Positions 1 through 13,819 of a stretch of DNA of 64,000 nt are shown here, piece after piece. The notes under the pieces are model-generated. The model saw only the letters and a program-made list of their open reading frames with translations. It was not told the DNA's origin and did no database searches. The translations under genes and the position numbers were made by a program. Origin of the DNA: Geosiphon pyriformis uo1 (taxonomy: Eukaryota; Fungi; Glomeromycota); contig JAAOMT010000620.1 in the NCBI GenBank assembly GCA_016748015.1, positions 222,940 to 286,939 on the forward strand, read 5' to 3'. Within the stretch, counting starts at the first letter, position 1, and each line of letters begins with the position of its first letter.

Positions 1-1258
1 ATTATTTTTGCATTAAAGCTTATTTCTTCAACCAAATATTTTTTATTTATATTTATATTTTATTAATATTATTTATTTTATTTATAAAAAATTGTGATAA
101 AAATATAAAAAAATTAATTATATTATATTATAAATAAAATATGTTTTTTATAAATTATAATAAACAACTAAATTAATATATTATTTGTAATTTATGTTTC
201 TTGTAAAAATTTTCAAGATTATATATTTTAAATTTATTTATAAAATAATTAAACTTAATTAATATTATGTATATTGCTTTAAAAATTAAGAAGAATATTT
301 AAATTTTATATAAAAATTAACTTAATAAACAATTATATTATGAAAAATAAGATCAAAAATAATTTATTATAAATAGAAAAACAAGTTTTTAATGTTAATA
401 TAATATAATTATTTTTCTATAGGAATAGATAAGGATAAAAATATAGAAATAAGAGAAACAAAACATTGGATCAAACAGGTTATTTTTCTTATTAAATGTT
501 ATGTCAAATAATAACAATTATAATAATCCATCAACAATTCCAAAATCTTGTGCTTTTCACCAATAAATAGTGTAAACAATAAAATTTTAGTATTTTTTAC
601 CTTCTTTGTGTATATGCATTAAAATCAATGCTAACAATAAATACATGAACTGATATCTACTAATAAAAAATTGAGTAGGCATTATTAAAACTATGATTTC
701 AAATCGCGATTGGTATAACCCTGATCGTTTATTGTGGGCAGTTTTTTAGCAGATTTCAAACTAGCTAGTTATGATATAATTAGATAAAGCAATGTTCAAT
801 AAAGATCATTCCTTACCATCATATTATTTGTAGATTTGTTACATTGTGGCGAAAATCTAGATCGGTTATCGCGCTTGATTATCAAAGATAGATGTCTCAA
901 TTAATTTATAGATATTAAATCAACCTCATTTACTAGACTTGATATAATAAAAAAGATTTTATTGAAAAACAAAGAAAACTCTAATTTCATTCTATCATTA
1001 CCACAAATACCCGTGAAAAATGAAAGAAAAACTTTTAAGTGTTGAAAGTAAAAATGTTCTCGCATGCTAAATACTTTTGAGTGCATGATTTGCACATCTC
1101 ATTGAAGTTGATCTTTGCCAGAAAATTGTTCATGTATGTAGCCGAGGTTTTGCTGCATGAAGTGAATCCTCTATAGCTCAAGAACTATGCTATGCACCCG
1201 AGATTATTCACAAAAATCAATTGTCCAGAAAAACTTCAATCTAAATAAATTCAATAAT

Positions 1259-4200
1259 CTAAGCCAAATGAAATGCATAGTGGGTCATAGTCGCCAATCT
1301 TTCCGCTGAAAAATTCAAGGATAAACGCATAAACTCATTGGCAATTTTGGGTTCTTTATTCAATAATCTCTCGTAGTCAGAAGTTCGCATCTGCCACAAT
1401 ACACAATCACTTTCAGCAAACAACGACGCATCACGTGGTCGATCTGCGAAGAAGCCCAGTTCACCGGCCATTGTTCCAGGCAGTATACTCTCGACAGCAC
1501 GTGGTTGTTCCCCAAACTCTGGTATGTATTGAGCCCTTAGCAAGCCACGTTCAACGAGATAAAGGCAATCAGGAGCATCACCTTGTTGCCAGAGGCGTGC
1601 CCCAGACGGAGCATGAATTTCATGAAAATAGGCAGAGAGTCGAATAAAGAAATCATGGTTTTTATCCGAGATATCTTGAAAAGCTTGTACAAGTAAAGCA
1701 AATGGTTGACTGCTGGGTAGAGTGTTATGTTCTACGAGGACAAAGAATATCAAATGTTAATTAGGTTTGACATGAAATTCTCGAATCCTGTTTGATTTTG
1801 AAGGCCTTATTTACCATCTTGTAATGTTCTACGACCTACAGCTTGAACCAAATTTTGACGTGGTGTAGCGTATTCTGTAATCTCTTTGGGAGGTGAGGGG
1901 TTTCCATTGTGTGGCATCGCTAGTGGTGAAAATCGGTTTATCAATAAATACGTAGTACAAAAAAACAACCAACTCATTGCATACCAAGTTGATTCGCGTT
2001 TGAAGACATAGCTGGAGGATGAATACGCTGTCCATAATATGCTTTTAAAAGCATATTTTCGCACCATTCTAATGCCTCATTAAAATTCTCGAAAGTCTTC
2101 AAATATTGATTGGTATCATCCATAACCCACCACATCCCAACAGATCTTAAGGCTTTACCAACTTCAGATTCTCCTTGCACACCACATAACACTAAAAAAA
2201 CGTCCTTTGCCTCTAAAAGTCTTTGAATTCGGAAAAATGCCTCAGCAGCACTAAAATCCAAACCAGTAACTAGAAAGAAATCCACAATCAAGAATCGAAT
2301 AGGGTTTTGTCGCCAACGATGAGCCATCAACACTTGGCGAATAGCATTCTCTACCCCACTAATTGTACCAAAAAACATGTAGCCTTGCAATTTGATTGCA
2401 TATATCTGGGACCCGACTTGTTTAAGGAACTTTTGTTGCCGATAGAGTCTACGAACCGTAGATTTTACCGAGGTTCCCGAATAGGTGGCACGGATTGCAC
2501 TCTTACGTGAGTTAGAAACCACAAAGAATACACACGCCATTATAATGCCAAGGAATATTCCCTCAATGAAACCAAAAACAGCCATTGCGATCACGATGGC
2601 TGTTATGGTTATGTACTCTAGCTTATTTACTATCCCCCATGTATCGATCAACGCTTCTTTCATCAAGTCAAGGCCAAGATGAAAAATAAGCGCTCCAACA
2701 ACCATTACCGGTATATAACCAACAATCCATGGCCCAACAAACAAGATCACGGCAGAGGCAGCCGCGAGCATCACTCCGGCTACTCGACTATTACCTCCAG
2801 ACTTGATGAAAAGAACGGAATTGGTATAAACCAAATAATCTATGATAAAATGAAATTTCTTTTATGAAATGCTCTTTTGAATCCTTTCAGATATATAGAT
2901 TCGCCAAAATTGTGGAAACTTACTTTGAACACTTCCTGCTAAACCTGAAAAAATGTTCGAGAAGCCATGAGCTACCAATTCACGATTGGTGTCTACATTA
3001 TCCTCGTTTAATGATACCCCAAGAGCCGGGACATTTATTGGTACGTGCAAAATTCCTAGATAAACGGTAATTCAGAGATAACATATCTTGAGAAGTTGGT
3101 TCGATATGTTTATTTTAAATTTTCATTACATACCGAAAAATGTCAAGGCAAACATTGCGGGAATGGTTTGCACTAGAGCGCCCCAATTAACCTCATTGAA
3201 ATCTAAACATTAATAAAAAGAAGCAATATGTTTTTAGATTAAATAAAGAAATTTCAATATCCGAAAGTCTTACCGTAATAACTGTAGAATCGATACCAAG
3301 GAGCTTCCCCTTCAGGTAATGGAAATACCCAACCATCATTCCTCAAGTCCTCCCATTCCAAATCAAACAAATAAACGACCGTGTAAAAAGTCAGCGGCAC
3401 CAACATAAAAAAAAGTGGAACCACAAGCGGATGATGAATTTTGTAATGAATATATCTCAACAATAAAGCTAAGCCAAAAGCGGAACTCCACAATGCTAAG
3501 GTATGAGCTTCGAAGAAAAGAAGTTTGAGTTGGCTAAAGCTAAATTCCAAATTTCCTTCTAAGCGGGCAGAAACCTCAATTCCAGTCGCAATAAGGAACC
3601 AACCGACTCCACCTGCAATAAAATTTATTTTATAAATGTTGATTTAGGTTTAATTAAAACCTCTTGTCACATAATTCTCAAATATACTTACCAATACATC
3701 CAACTAAAATGTGCCTTGGGAAGAATTCAATTAAAGACCCAAGCTGAAAAAGAACGTTCGATAAGCTCATATCATAACTCTTTGTACCAAATTAAAATAT
3801 GCTCAAAGATTAACATGTAATAATGATGTACCTTCAAAGCCCCAAGCAACAAGAACACACTACCCGTGACAATAGTACTCAAAGCGAATGATAATATAGT
3901 CGTGGCAATAACTGACTTTGGGTTTTCATCGCCAACTTCTCGAATTATAATTTCAGCCCTTACCAATAAAGAATCCAATATAGATCTTAGTAAATCATGG
4001 AATGTGCGACCTCGAAAAGCCCATGATAGTTTATATGAAATTAACATACATAATGTGCAAGAACGGCACGACTATTGGTTCCAGAAAATATTTGGGAGTA
4101 AAGTAAATGTTTATATAACAGAAACTATGCGTGCTTAATCACAATATACTTATAAAATAATGCTACGAACCTTCAATCATCATACTGCCATTTCCCCCTC

Positions 4201-5781
4201 CAAATATACTTCCTCCCAATGAGTAAACCAGTTGAGATATTATCGTACTGAAAATTATTTTGAAATAATTCAACTAGAGAATTAACTAAAACAAATAGAA
4301 GATTTCATTTATTTATTTTTACCTCACAAAGAACATAGAAACACCATCTGGTCCAAAATTACTGAAAATAGGTTGGGAAATTGGAAATGTGATCATGCCT
4401 ATATGATAAAAATCGAAAAGTCCCTTAGATTTCATGCCAACATCATATAAAATCCAAAAGCATAGGATCTTGTACCATAAGAGATAGCATCAAGTAAGTT
4501 CAAGAGTAAGCCTAGGATAACAGCAGGTATGTAGGATGTTGGTTTCAAGATCACTTCTTCAAATATAGATTGTGGTGTTATGCGATTCTTACGCCGGGAA
4601 CGGTTCTCATCATCCGTGAAATGAGGTAAATATCCATGGTCATTTATACAAGGTAACCAATGAAGCCAAGGTTTCTCAATTGAGGAGTCTTCAATAATAG
4701 CATCATAATCAATGCCCCTTGGAATTCTATCTCCATATATAGGGGGAATAGTATCCTTTATTAATGGTTCATTCTCATCGTCATTTGCTGGAGAATATTC
4801 TATCACAGGATAAGGGATGGAAAGAGGACTTTTATCTGAAGGTGTAGGCGGTATAACCACGGTTCTGGGTGGCGAATTTTTCTTTATCCCGTCTGTTTCA
4901 TTCTCACCATCTTCCTCTTGAATTGTAGATATATTATAAAGATTCTGAGAACTTCCAGGATCATTTTTTGGTGGAGTAGTAGATTTTAACAGAAGAGAAA
5001 GATTGCTTTTGTTGGGAAGGCTAAGGTCGCGTGAATTTTCAGAGCCTCTTGATGCTGTATCATCATCTTCTTGACCCAAGCCGATATCACCTAGCCGTAA
5101 AGTTTGCTGTCGAATATTGAAAGGAGAATCCGAGTATGATGGATGCCCTATTATACAAGAGCGAAATAGGTAAGATCCAATCAATAGTAAATAGATGGTT
5201 AGTTCATGAAAATATAATTTTTTGAGTTATTGTTCATTAAGCGGAAATCCATCGCGTTCAATTTTTGGGCAAAATGAATGTATGAGCGGCGATTCATTGT
5301 CGAAAAAATTCCTTAAAAAATCAATCAATGCTTAGATTATTTGAACAAAGAAATGTTGAGTTTCGTTGAGATTATCGTTTGATCGACATTAAATTTATTT
5401 ATTTAAACAAGGGAATATGTTGTACAAAAAATCTTATCTGCAAGATAAGATTTTATTGCAGATCGCAGCAAAATTCTAATTAAGGAAAAAGTTCATTCTC
5501 AAAATTAAATGCCCATTCTCAGATTCAAATCCAAATTTCCGGTCCTTTGATACTATCGGATATTGGGAGAGTGAGAAAGAAAAAAGCGCCGTACCAGATT
5601 GTGGCAAGCTCTGCGAAGCACTGTAATGTGATCTAGCACTGAATCCGGCATTCAAACTTGGGGTTAAGCCAGTAAATTGAAAAGCATGTATGGCACTACT
5701 CAAGGGTCTGTTGGAGCTATTTCCTCTTGGAGAGGCAGGACTAGCAACTGAGGATTGTTCTTCGTCTCGCGGAGTTGCCAT
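1259..5781 (-). CDS. SulP/SLC26-family transporter with STAS and C-terminal cNMP-binding domain (yeast Vsb1/YGR125W-like); 13 exons, about 1061 aa
   Basis: GT-AG exons resolved by hand: 5781-5595, 5147-4476, 4398-4323, 4247-4171, 4071-4050 (22-nt microexon), 3958-3832, 3743-3692, 3612-3274, 3202-3134, 3055-2924, 2839-1985, 1919-1815, 1731-1259; total 3186 nt, in frame. Motifs [42 protein letters not shown] (STAS), GELGFF...R.ASL (cNMP). Confidence 0.92.
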
Positions 5782-7015
5782 TGCTCTCTGATAAATATTC
5801 TCACAACTATATTACAGAAAAAATTTCATATACTTTTGAAACTTTTATTCTAAGGTTTATTTTTAGGTCTCTAGATCGGAAAATAAAAAGTTATGCTTTT
5901 TCTTTGACTAAATAATGGAAATAGTCAGCAGAATTCGAAGTTTTCAACTTACGAGCAGCTGAAACGCATTATATATATCAGATAAAACAGTCTTAAAAAA
6001 GCATAGTAGGGCTGCGGGTTTGATGACGGTAAATTAGCATATTTCCTCCTTCAGGTGGAGATTGATTCGCCGAACGAAACTTTAATCTAAACTGATAAAA
6101 ATATGGATTGACTTCTGATTTGATTTCTCTATTGTACATTGTTCTGTTTCCTATAAAAATTATGTTGTCAACTTATTGTAACGGAATAAGTGTCGTACAG
6201 AAAATATCTTTCATTTAGTACTAGAGTTTAATGAGATCTATTAGATGTTGATGTAAATAATATTGAGTTGTAATATCATCAGCCATCCATTGAATGACAA
6301 AGATGCTACAGTATAGAAGAAAAAACAGTAATTTGGATCAGCCAATTACACCATTTCCAATCTATTAATGGTTAAATATCGCAATTTTGAAATGAACTAG
6401 GCGGAATTTTGCGATCCATAAGTTTTTACGATTATCTGAGCTTTTTCTTTTAATAACTCATGGATCTCTGAAATCTAATGTTAACAGGTTAACTTTGTTT
6501 ATTTTGATGTTACTTTTTTTGCGCGCGCCTGTAAAATAAGGGGTAAAACTGATATGACGAAAATATGCACTAATTTAATGCAATGTCACTCATTGTGCGA
6601 TGTGAACTCATGAACGTAATCGACATTTGATTTATAAAATTACTGCGCCTATTGGACACACCTGTGGCCCAACACCACAGGTGTGATTGAAATAATTCCA
6701 GTTTCCTGATAACAATAAGTTTTAGTAATTAATAAGAAACCTGCAATCCTTGGTTAGGACTGATCATGATATAGTGCAAGAAATTGTTCGGAAGGGTCTT
6801 TCCTAGTTGAATAAAGCAAATATTATTTGGGAAAGTCTTATCAAGGAGCGATATGTATATTTAGACCTTATTTTTAAAAGGATATGAAAAGTAAAAAATT
6901 AATGATCAAAGGTTGTTAGATGAAAAACAGAAAACATAATGAATTTAATTGAAATTTAACCGGCCTGAGTATCCCCAGAACTTTTAACCCTTTTCTTAGG
7001 ATATATTTTTAACAT

Positions 7016-8162
7016 TTATTCCATGTCGGGGTTCAAATCAAGATCAAAATTATCCTGGATTTCTGAGGGTTCAGGTAGCTCAAGATTAAAGGACTGGTTT
7101 CCATCATCAGTCGATTCATTATCTTCATCCTCCTCGGTTTCCTCTTGTTGATCATCTTCATCGGTATCTTCACCATCCTCTTCCTGGTTTTCTGCTCGCT
7201 CTCCATCCTTACTTTCTTGTAAGACTTTCCCAATATATTATAAGTAAGTAAAATTTTGTATAGGGGTGCAAGGGAGTAAGAGACCTGTTAGATACCTGAT
7301 ATTCCTTTGGCTTCAATATAACGTCGATATAAAATGCCTAACCGAATTTTCGTTTCATCTGGATAAGGTCGCTCAATAGCTCCTGAAGTATAATGACTCA
7401 CTTTAGTAGCGTATTCTAGGATATCTTCAATAGTCATCGGTGCTAGAAAATGCGAGATTTTTATGAGCTTAAAAGAATTGTAAAATTAAATTATCCAGAA
7501 CGATCTTCGGTTAGCTCTCACGCAAAGTATACAGATTGAAATAAATACATTCTTGGGCCATTTTGATCGCTTTTTTCGTGATCTTTGCGTCTTCCAACAT
7601 TTCTTCAATTGGTTCTTTTCCAAGTTCAAGGCATTCGATTAAAAGCATAATTGCATCGTTTTCATCATCTATAGCATTTTCGAGTAGCAATAATTTTTGA
7701 TGATAGCGTTGATGTTCCTGGACTTCGAATAAACATTTTTCGTGCCAATTTCTTAGTATTATAGGTATGCTTAAAAATAATTGAAAGGTTGAGAAATGAC
7801 TTACCTTTTGCAACTCCTTCTTGTAAACTTCGATCTAAATCTATAATTTCCTTTATGATCCTAGCAGGAAACCGTTCAGGCATCTTCCCATCTGCAATTG
7901 TCTCCAGAGAAACGAATAACTGAATGGTTTTCCTCTCATATTTATTCAGAATTTCAATTAGTGGCGCTGTAAAAGTGGATGACCCAAAGTGTAAAACAGT
8001 TTCTGCATCTTTATTTTCGTCAAGAGTTGTTTGTTGCGTAGTGACAACAGACGCTTCTGAAGGAGAAGGACTTAACCGGGTATTAAGGGGAATGTAGGGC
8101 TCTATATCGGTAACGACGTCAAAAGTGTCTATTTCTGGATCAAAAGAAAGAAGGTCGTCCAT
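7016..8162 (-). CDS. MED4: Mediator complex subunit 4; 4 exons, about 292 aa
   Basis: Exons 8162-7805, 7722-7549, 7442-7296, 7215-7016 (879 nt, in frame). Coiled-coil LDRSLQEGVAKVQEHQ, then EDILEYATKVSHYT...RPYPDETKIRLGIL and an acidic tail ending FDLDLNPDME, typical of fungal Med4. Confidence 0.82.
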
Positions 8163-8331
8163 CGAAAGTTCAATTATCCCGGTAAATTTAGTAAATAAAT
8201 AATAACAATAGCACAAAAAACCAATAGACGCGATCTTTTGCTAATTATGTAATAGAATAAAGAATTGTTCCTTCAACCAATTTTTTCTTTAACTTCTTTT
8301 CGCACCCATCTCCTGTAAAGCTATACCGCAA
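8163..8331. promoter_or_regulatory. Shared bidirectional promoter/5' UTR region of MED4 and SUB1
   Basis: Only 169 bp separate the divergent ATGs. Confidence 0.6.
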
Positions 8332-9066
8332 ATGTCCAAAAGAAAGAGTACTAAATACGTTGAGGAGAGTGATGATAACAATCAGGTTTTGATTTATTCA
8401 CAAGTTTCCACCTCGTTCGTGACAGGGTTTTGCACATGCTTCTCGCGTCAAATTTGGCATTTCGAGGCACGGCTAAGATCCCATATATAAAATGACAGGT
8501 TGGTGTTTCGGATGATGAGTACATAGAAGACAAAGAATCAAAGGTAATTTTTGAAGTTTCACAATTTAGATGTTTCATCTTTCTTTGTTAAAATATGTAT
8601 TTTGACTTGTTAGAAAAAGACCAATCCCAAAAAGGCCAAGAAATCTTTTGATTCAGATTATGAAGAAGGTGATCGTGGAGAGACGGCAGATGGAGAAACC
8701 TACTTTAAGGTAATACCTCACAAAGGATCAAAAAGTTCTTATTCGCTCGACCTTCTCCTTAATAAAAAAGCTGTTTAACTTTGATCTGAAAATTCCTCGG
8801 CTAGCTGAATCAAAAAAAACGGGTTACGGTGAGAAAATTTAAAAATATGGTGCTAGTAGACTTTCGTGAATATTTTGAATCTGGCGATGGTTCACTAAAG
8901 CCGACAAAAAAAGGTTAGCTCTCCGTATGGAATCTCTTGATTTATAAGTTTCAACTTATTTGCAATCTACATCTCCATTTTAGGAATATCTTTACAAATT
9001 GACCAGTGGAACAAGCTTAAGGAGTTAGTAGATGATATTGATGAGGAGGTTCGAAGAATCAAGTAG
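8332..9066 (+). CDS. SUB1: Transcriptional coactivator PC4/Sub1 (p15) ssDNA-binding protein; 5 exons, about 128 aa; missed by the ORF track
   Basis: Exons 8332-8385, 8499-8543, 8614-8709, 8805-8913, 8984-9066 (387 nt, in frame). PC4 domain FKLNQKKRVTVRKFKNMVLVDFREYF...KPTKKGISLQIDQWNKLK. Confidence 0.9.
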
Positions 9067-10116
9067 TGTTATGATGAGACGGTCTTGGTCTTTATCTAAG
9101 ATGAATTATTTCATGCCGTTTTTGGATCTGGTCATATTTTCTAGACTCCAATTTCTGTTGAGAGTAGGAATTTAGTAATTCAAAATCTCTCAAATCGAGC
9201 CTATTTTGAAAATTACTTAAATGATGCCATCTTATGATAGGAAATAAATATGGCTAAAGCATACTTATTTTCGAGGCATGATCAAATGATTCCCAAAGGG
9301 TTTTATTGGTATGACAATACTACCTTTTTACTTTTTTTCATTCTATTTCTTCTTGAATGGAATTTATGGCAAAATTCTTGATTTTAAAAGGGCGTGTGAT
9401 TTCATTTTGTGTAATTAGTTTTTAATGTTAGCTTTACAACTTAAATAATATTATAATTTTTAAAAACTATAAAATAAAAAAACTCCAACATTCAAAGTAA
9501 ATTTTAAACCAAATTTGATAAAATAAGTTTAATTGAAATTTCAATTTAAAATAATATTATAATAAATTAATTTGGACTTATTCAATTATTAAGACTAATA
9601 ATTAAAATATGATTTTTATGTTTAAATTTATGATAATTAAATTATTAAAAATTGTAATAAAATTTTTAAAATAATATTAAATAATAATAATAATAATTAT
9701 ATTGAAATTAAGTTAAAAAAATAATATTGGTTGTTAAAAGTAATATTATTCTAAATAAAAATTTTAAGTATGTAAATATTTGTATATATATATTTTTTTT
9801 ATTAACATTTAGTGAACATAATCCAATTACTATCTAAGTACATAAAATCAAACAAGATTCTAAATTAAGTACAGTTTATGTTTTTCCTACATATAATTAG
9901 CCACTCAAGCCAATCAAGACAATATTATATACTTAAATTACCAGCCAAAAGACATTCTTTAAAAAACCAAAATACAATTTGAATAAACAGGAATACAACC
10001 CAAAACAAACATAGATACCCAATCTAATACCAAAGCAGTGAATCATTTCAAGAAACTACAAAAATGACAAACTGGACACTGAAGAAGTGGCAGATTTATC
10101 ACATAACAAGAGATTA

Positions 10117-13100
10117 TGTTATTATGAGTTAAAGTAACAAGCTAACAGATAGCAAGAGAGAACAGAATTGTAGAATAATAAAAAGAACCAAAGAAAATTT
10201 AACTTCAAAGAACAAATTAAATAAGTATAGATTCAATGTGTAAAATCAGTCTTATAAAATATTTCAATTACTATACTTTTCAAAAGATAATCTGAAAATC
10301 TGAAAATAGAAGAATAATCTATACTGTCAACAAATAATCACATACTGGTATAATTCTATGCTTCATATTGGCACTTTTAGAATTCAATATTAGGTATTAG
10401 ATATATTCTTTAGTCATATTTTATTCAATAATCTTCAAATGCTGCAATTACATGTTTCAGGAAAAGGGTAGAGAATAATCAACAAGTAATCTTTTATTCC
10501 AAAATATTTAGATACTTGAAGGTAAGAAAAAAGAAATTAGTGATAAGAGAATAATTGAAATAAAAGTTGTTATTTTATTTCTTTTATTTCTTTGATTCTT
10601 ATATGCTTTTCTATAGCTAAGAAATTTATTGCTTATATAACTATCAAAAGTAGTTAATAATCAAGTCAATGATTACTATCTAAAAATAGAGTGGCTAATT
10701 ATATAATATTAGTGGCTAATACATGTGATAATTAATAAGAAGTATAGATTTTAATCATAACATTATCTTCTTCAAAAAAATTAAGCTTCAGTAAAATCAA
10801 GCTATTCATGATATAATTTATTTGAAGAGTTTTATCTAACTCAAAACCAACTAATTTGTTGAAATTTTTTGTAAATAGGGTATATAATACTTAAGGTAAA
10901 ATAAGTTTTGTATCCAAGAAACCAAATCTTTGTATTAGAGTTTTGGTTCTTTTAGCAATAGTTAAAATTCTTGGGACATTTAACCATATAATATCCAAAA
11001 TTTCTGCCTGTATTTTTGAAGTTGTTTTCTTTATGAGTTTTATATCTTTTATGATTTTTCCAAGACAACCATAGAGTTCTAATTGCCTTCTATATAACAA
11101 ATTTTTATCTATAGGCAAGATTTCTTAGATTGTTTTTCCAATTGTACTAGAAAATAAGAGTATAATTGCTGTTATATTTTCTAACAAGTATTTATTCATT
11201 TTGCTACCAATTTTTTTTCTTTTAGTAGTGGTTTTTTTTGGTCTAATAATAGTATATATTCCACTGTTATCAGTTATAGTAGTTTGTTTTTCAATAGTTA
11301 GAGTAGTATTTGAATAGTTTTTGATCCAATACTCATAGAGAATATAGAAAGTGTTTTGAATGTTTTGATCCAGAAAATAATTGTTCATATTGATTGAAGA
11401 TACTTTTGTTTTGGGAATGATGCATTTATTTATACTTGATTTTTGCTAATTATTTGGATCAATATTACCACAACAGACAACTAATCAGGTCATTTATGAT
11501 ATTTTTTGAATCATGTACTATAAACAAGATGATCATTAAAGATTGTTCCAGATTGATCTTGAAGAATATAAGAACTATTGTTCAAAACTTTGTTAACTAT
11601 AAAGGATCCTTTTCACTAGCTAGAAAATTTATTATCATAAACATTGTTTCTGTCTGAATGGTATTCTAATATCAAGTTACTAACACTTAAAGAAAATGTT
11701 TTATAGGTTTTTTTTTCTTAAGCTTTTCTTGGAACTGTTTTATTTTTTTAAAAGTGATTATTTATGCTTCTACTAAGAAGTTAAGAATAGTACCAAGTTT
11801 TTTTTGCAAAATGTCTTTGTAATTTCCTATTGTAATCTCTTTAAAGAGTATTGTTTCAATGTCAGTTTCTATTGATAGTGTTGCTATACATCTATAGAGC
11901 AGATAAAAAAGTTTATAACTTGTTATGTTATGATTCACAGTTCTATAAGCAAACAAGACTAAAGACAGTACTTTGTCTCATAAGTTTGTTTCTTTACTGG
12001 TTTTGGCTAGGGTTTCACATAATGTTCTATTGAAATGTTCTACTAGGTCATTTGTTTGAAGGTGGTAAAAAAAAAAAGTTTATAATGTATTCCTATTTTT
12101 TTACAAAGTTCTTCAACCAGTGTATTAAAAAAAGCTCTTCCTTTATTAAATAAAAGTTTTTTGGAACAGCCATGATAGCAAATGATATCTTTATAAATAA
12201 AATTGGCTATTAAGACTGCTGTTTAGTCTAGAGTGGCTCTTGCTTCTACTTATTTTGTAAGATAGTTGGTAGCTGTAATAATGTATCTGTTGTTATTAGG
12301 AGTTATTGTTAAAGGTTTAACAACATCTATACCAATTCTATTAAATGATTAACCAATAGAGATTGGATGGATATTTTTTTGTGATTAGGTTTGCCTTTTC
12401 TTTGGCAAATATCACAAATTTTAATGTATTTAGCAATGTTTTTTTTCAAGGTGGGTCAATAATAGTGAGCTAAAGTTTTCTGAATTGTTTTTGTTTTTTC
12501 AAAGTGTCCAACTAATAGGTTAGTGTATATTTTATATATTACAATTTCTCATTTTTAAATCTGATAACTTTTTGAGAACAGTTAGGATTTTTTCTGTTTC
12601 TTTTATATAATTAGTTCTGGCAGATAAAATAGAAATTTGATTGTTTGCACAAATGTTCTTTTTGTTGTCAAGTGTATTTTGGTGGATATTGTTCTTTACC
12701 CAAAAATTTTATTAAGATAGAGTAGTTGTCTAAGTTCATTATTGTGTTTGTCAAAAAGAAAGTTACTAATAATTAAAATAGATTGGTTGAAGAAGCTTGT
12801 ACTGTTACTGAATGGTAAGTCTAGAAAGAGCATTGGCATTTTAATGATTTGCTCTTTTGTGGTATTGAATATTATAGTCAAATTTATTCAAGTAGAGTAT
12901 CCAGTGAGTTATTTATTTGTGTTCCAGCTTTTTTTTATTGTACAGTTAAACCAAGATTTGATGATCTGTTACTATTAAGAATTTTACACCAAAAAGATAT
13001 TAATTCCAGTAACTAGTAGTCCAAACTACTGCTAAACATTTTTGTTCAGTTATTAAGTAATTTTTTTCTGCTGGTATAAAGGATTTACTAACATATACTA

Positions 13101-13819
13101 TAGCATATTTTCTGTTATTTTCATCTTTTTGTAAGAGGACAACACCAAATTCATAGTCAGATGCATTAGTGTAGAAGATAAAAAATTAGTCCAGATTAAG
13201 TTGCTTAATGATTAGTTCAATAACAAGTTTTTTCTTCAAAATTTTAAAAGCTTTTTGTTAATAAGTGTCCCAGTAATAATTGACATTTTTTTTAAGTAGC
13301 TGATTAAGAAAAAAGATGATTTTGGAGAAATCCTTGATAAATTTGTAATAATAAGAAGCCAAACAAAAAAAAAGCATAGTTCAGAAACATTCATTGGTTG
13401 TCTGATGTTTTGAACTTTTTCAACTTTAGATAGGTCAGAGAAGATCCCATCTTTTGTAATAAAATGACCAAAAAACTGAGTAGATTGGCATCCAAAAAAA
13501 GATTTGATTGAGTTGATTTTAAGGCCAGCATTTCTGAACAGGTCAAAAATTTTTTACAAGTGTTTAAGATGTTTGTCTCAGGTTTTTGAGTATACTATTA
13601 TGTTATCTAAGTAAACTAGGACAAAGTTTTTTTTTACTGATTCAAATACTTTGTCCATTAAACATTGAAAGATGGGAGGAGCATTGATGAAACCAAAAGA
13701 CATGATTGTGAATTCATAGATGCCATACTTGGTGATAAAGGCAGTTTTTTTTCTGCTTTCTAAATTCATTTCTATTTGCCAGAATTCAGCAGTTAAGTCA
13801 ATGGTTAAGAAAAAAGTAG
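10117..13819 (-). mobile_element. Ty3/Gypsy element D (outermost visible, heavily decayed): RT 3' part, RNase H, integrase, ORF3, PPT, 3' LTR; interrupted at 13819 by element B1
   Basis: RT motifs KTAFITKYGIYEF...VYLDNIIVYSKT (13578-13769), RNase H YTNASD...NANALSR, integrase remnants 11700-12739; PPT GAAGAAGATAA then TGTTATG at 10762. Left LTR boundary near 10117 is tentative. Confidence 0.75.

Noticed and set aside
1-1250. Very AT-rich DNA and the 64-aa ORF 901-1095; likewise 9430-10116
   Set aside because: No recognisable coding or repeat structure; possibly terminally decayed repeats but not supportable.
1435-4138. Short + strand ORFs over the transporter gene
   Set aside because: Antisense shadows of real exons.
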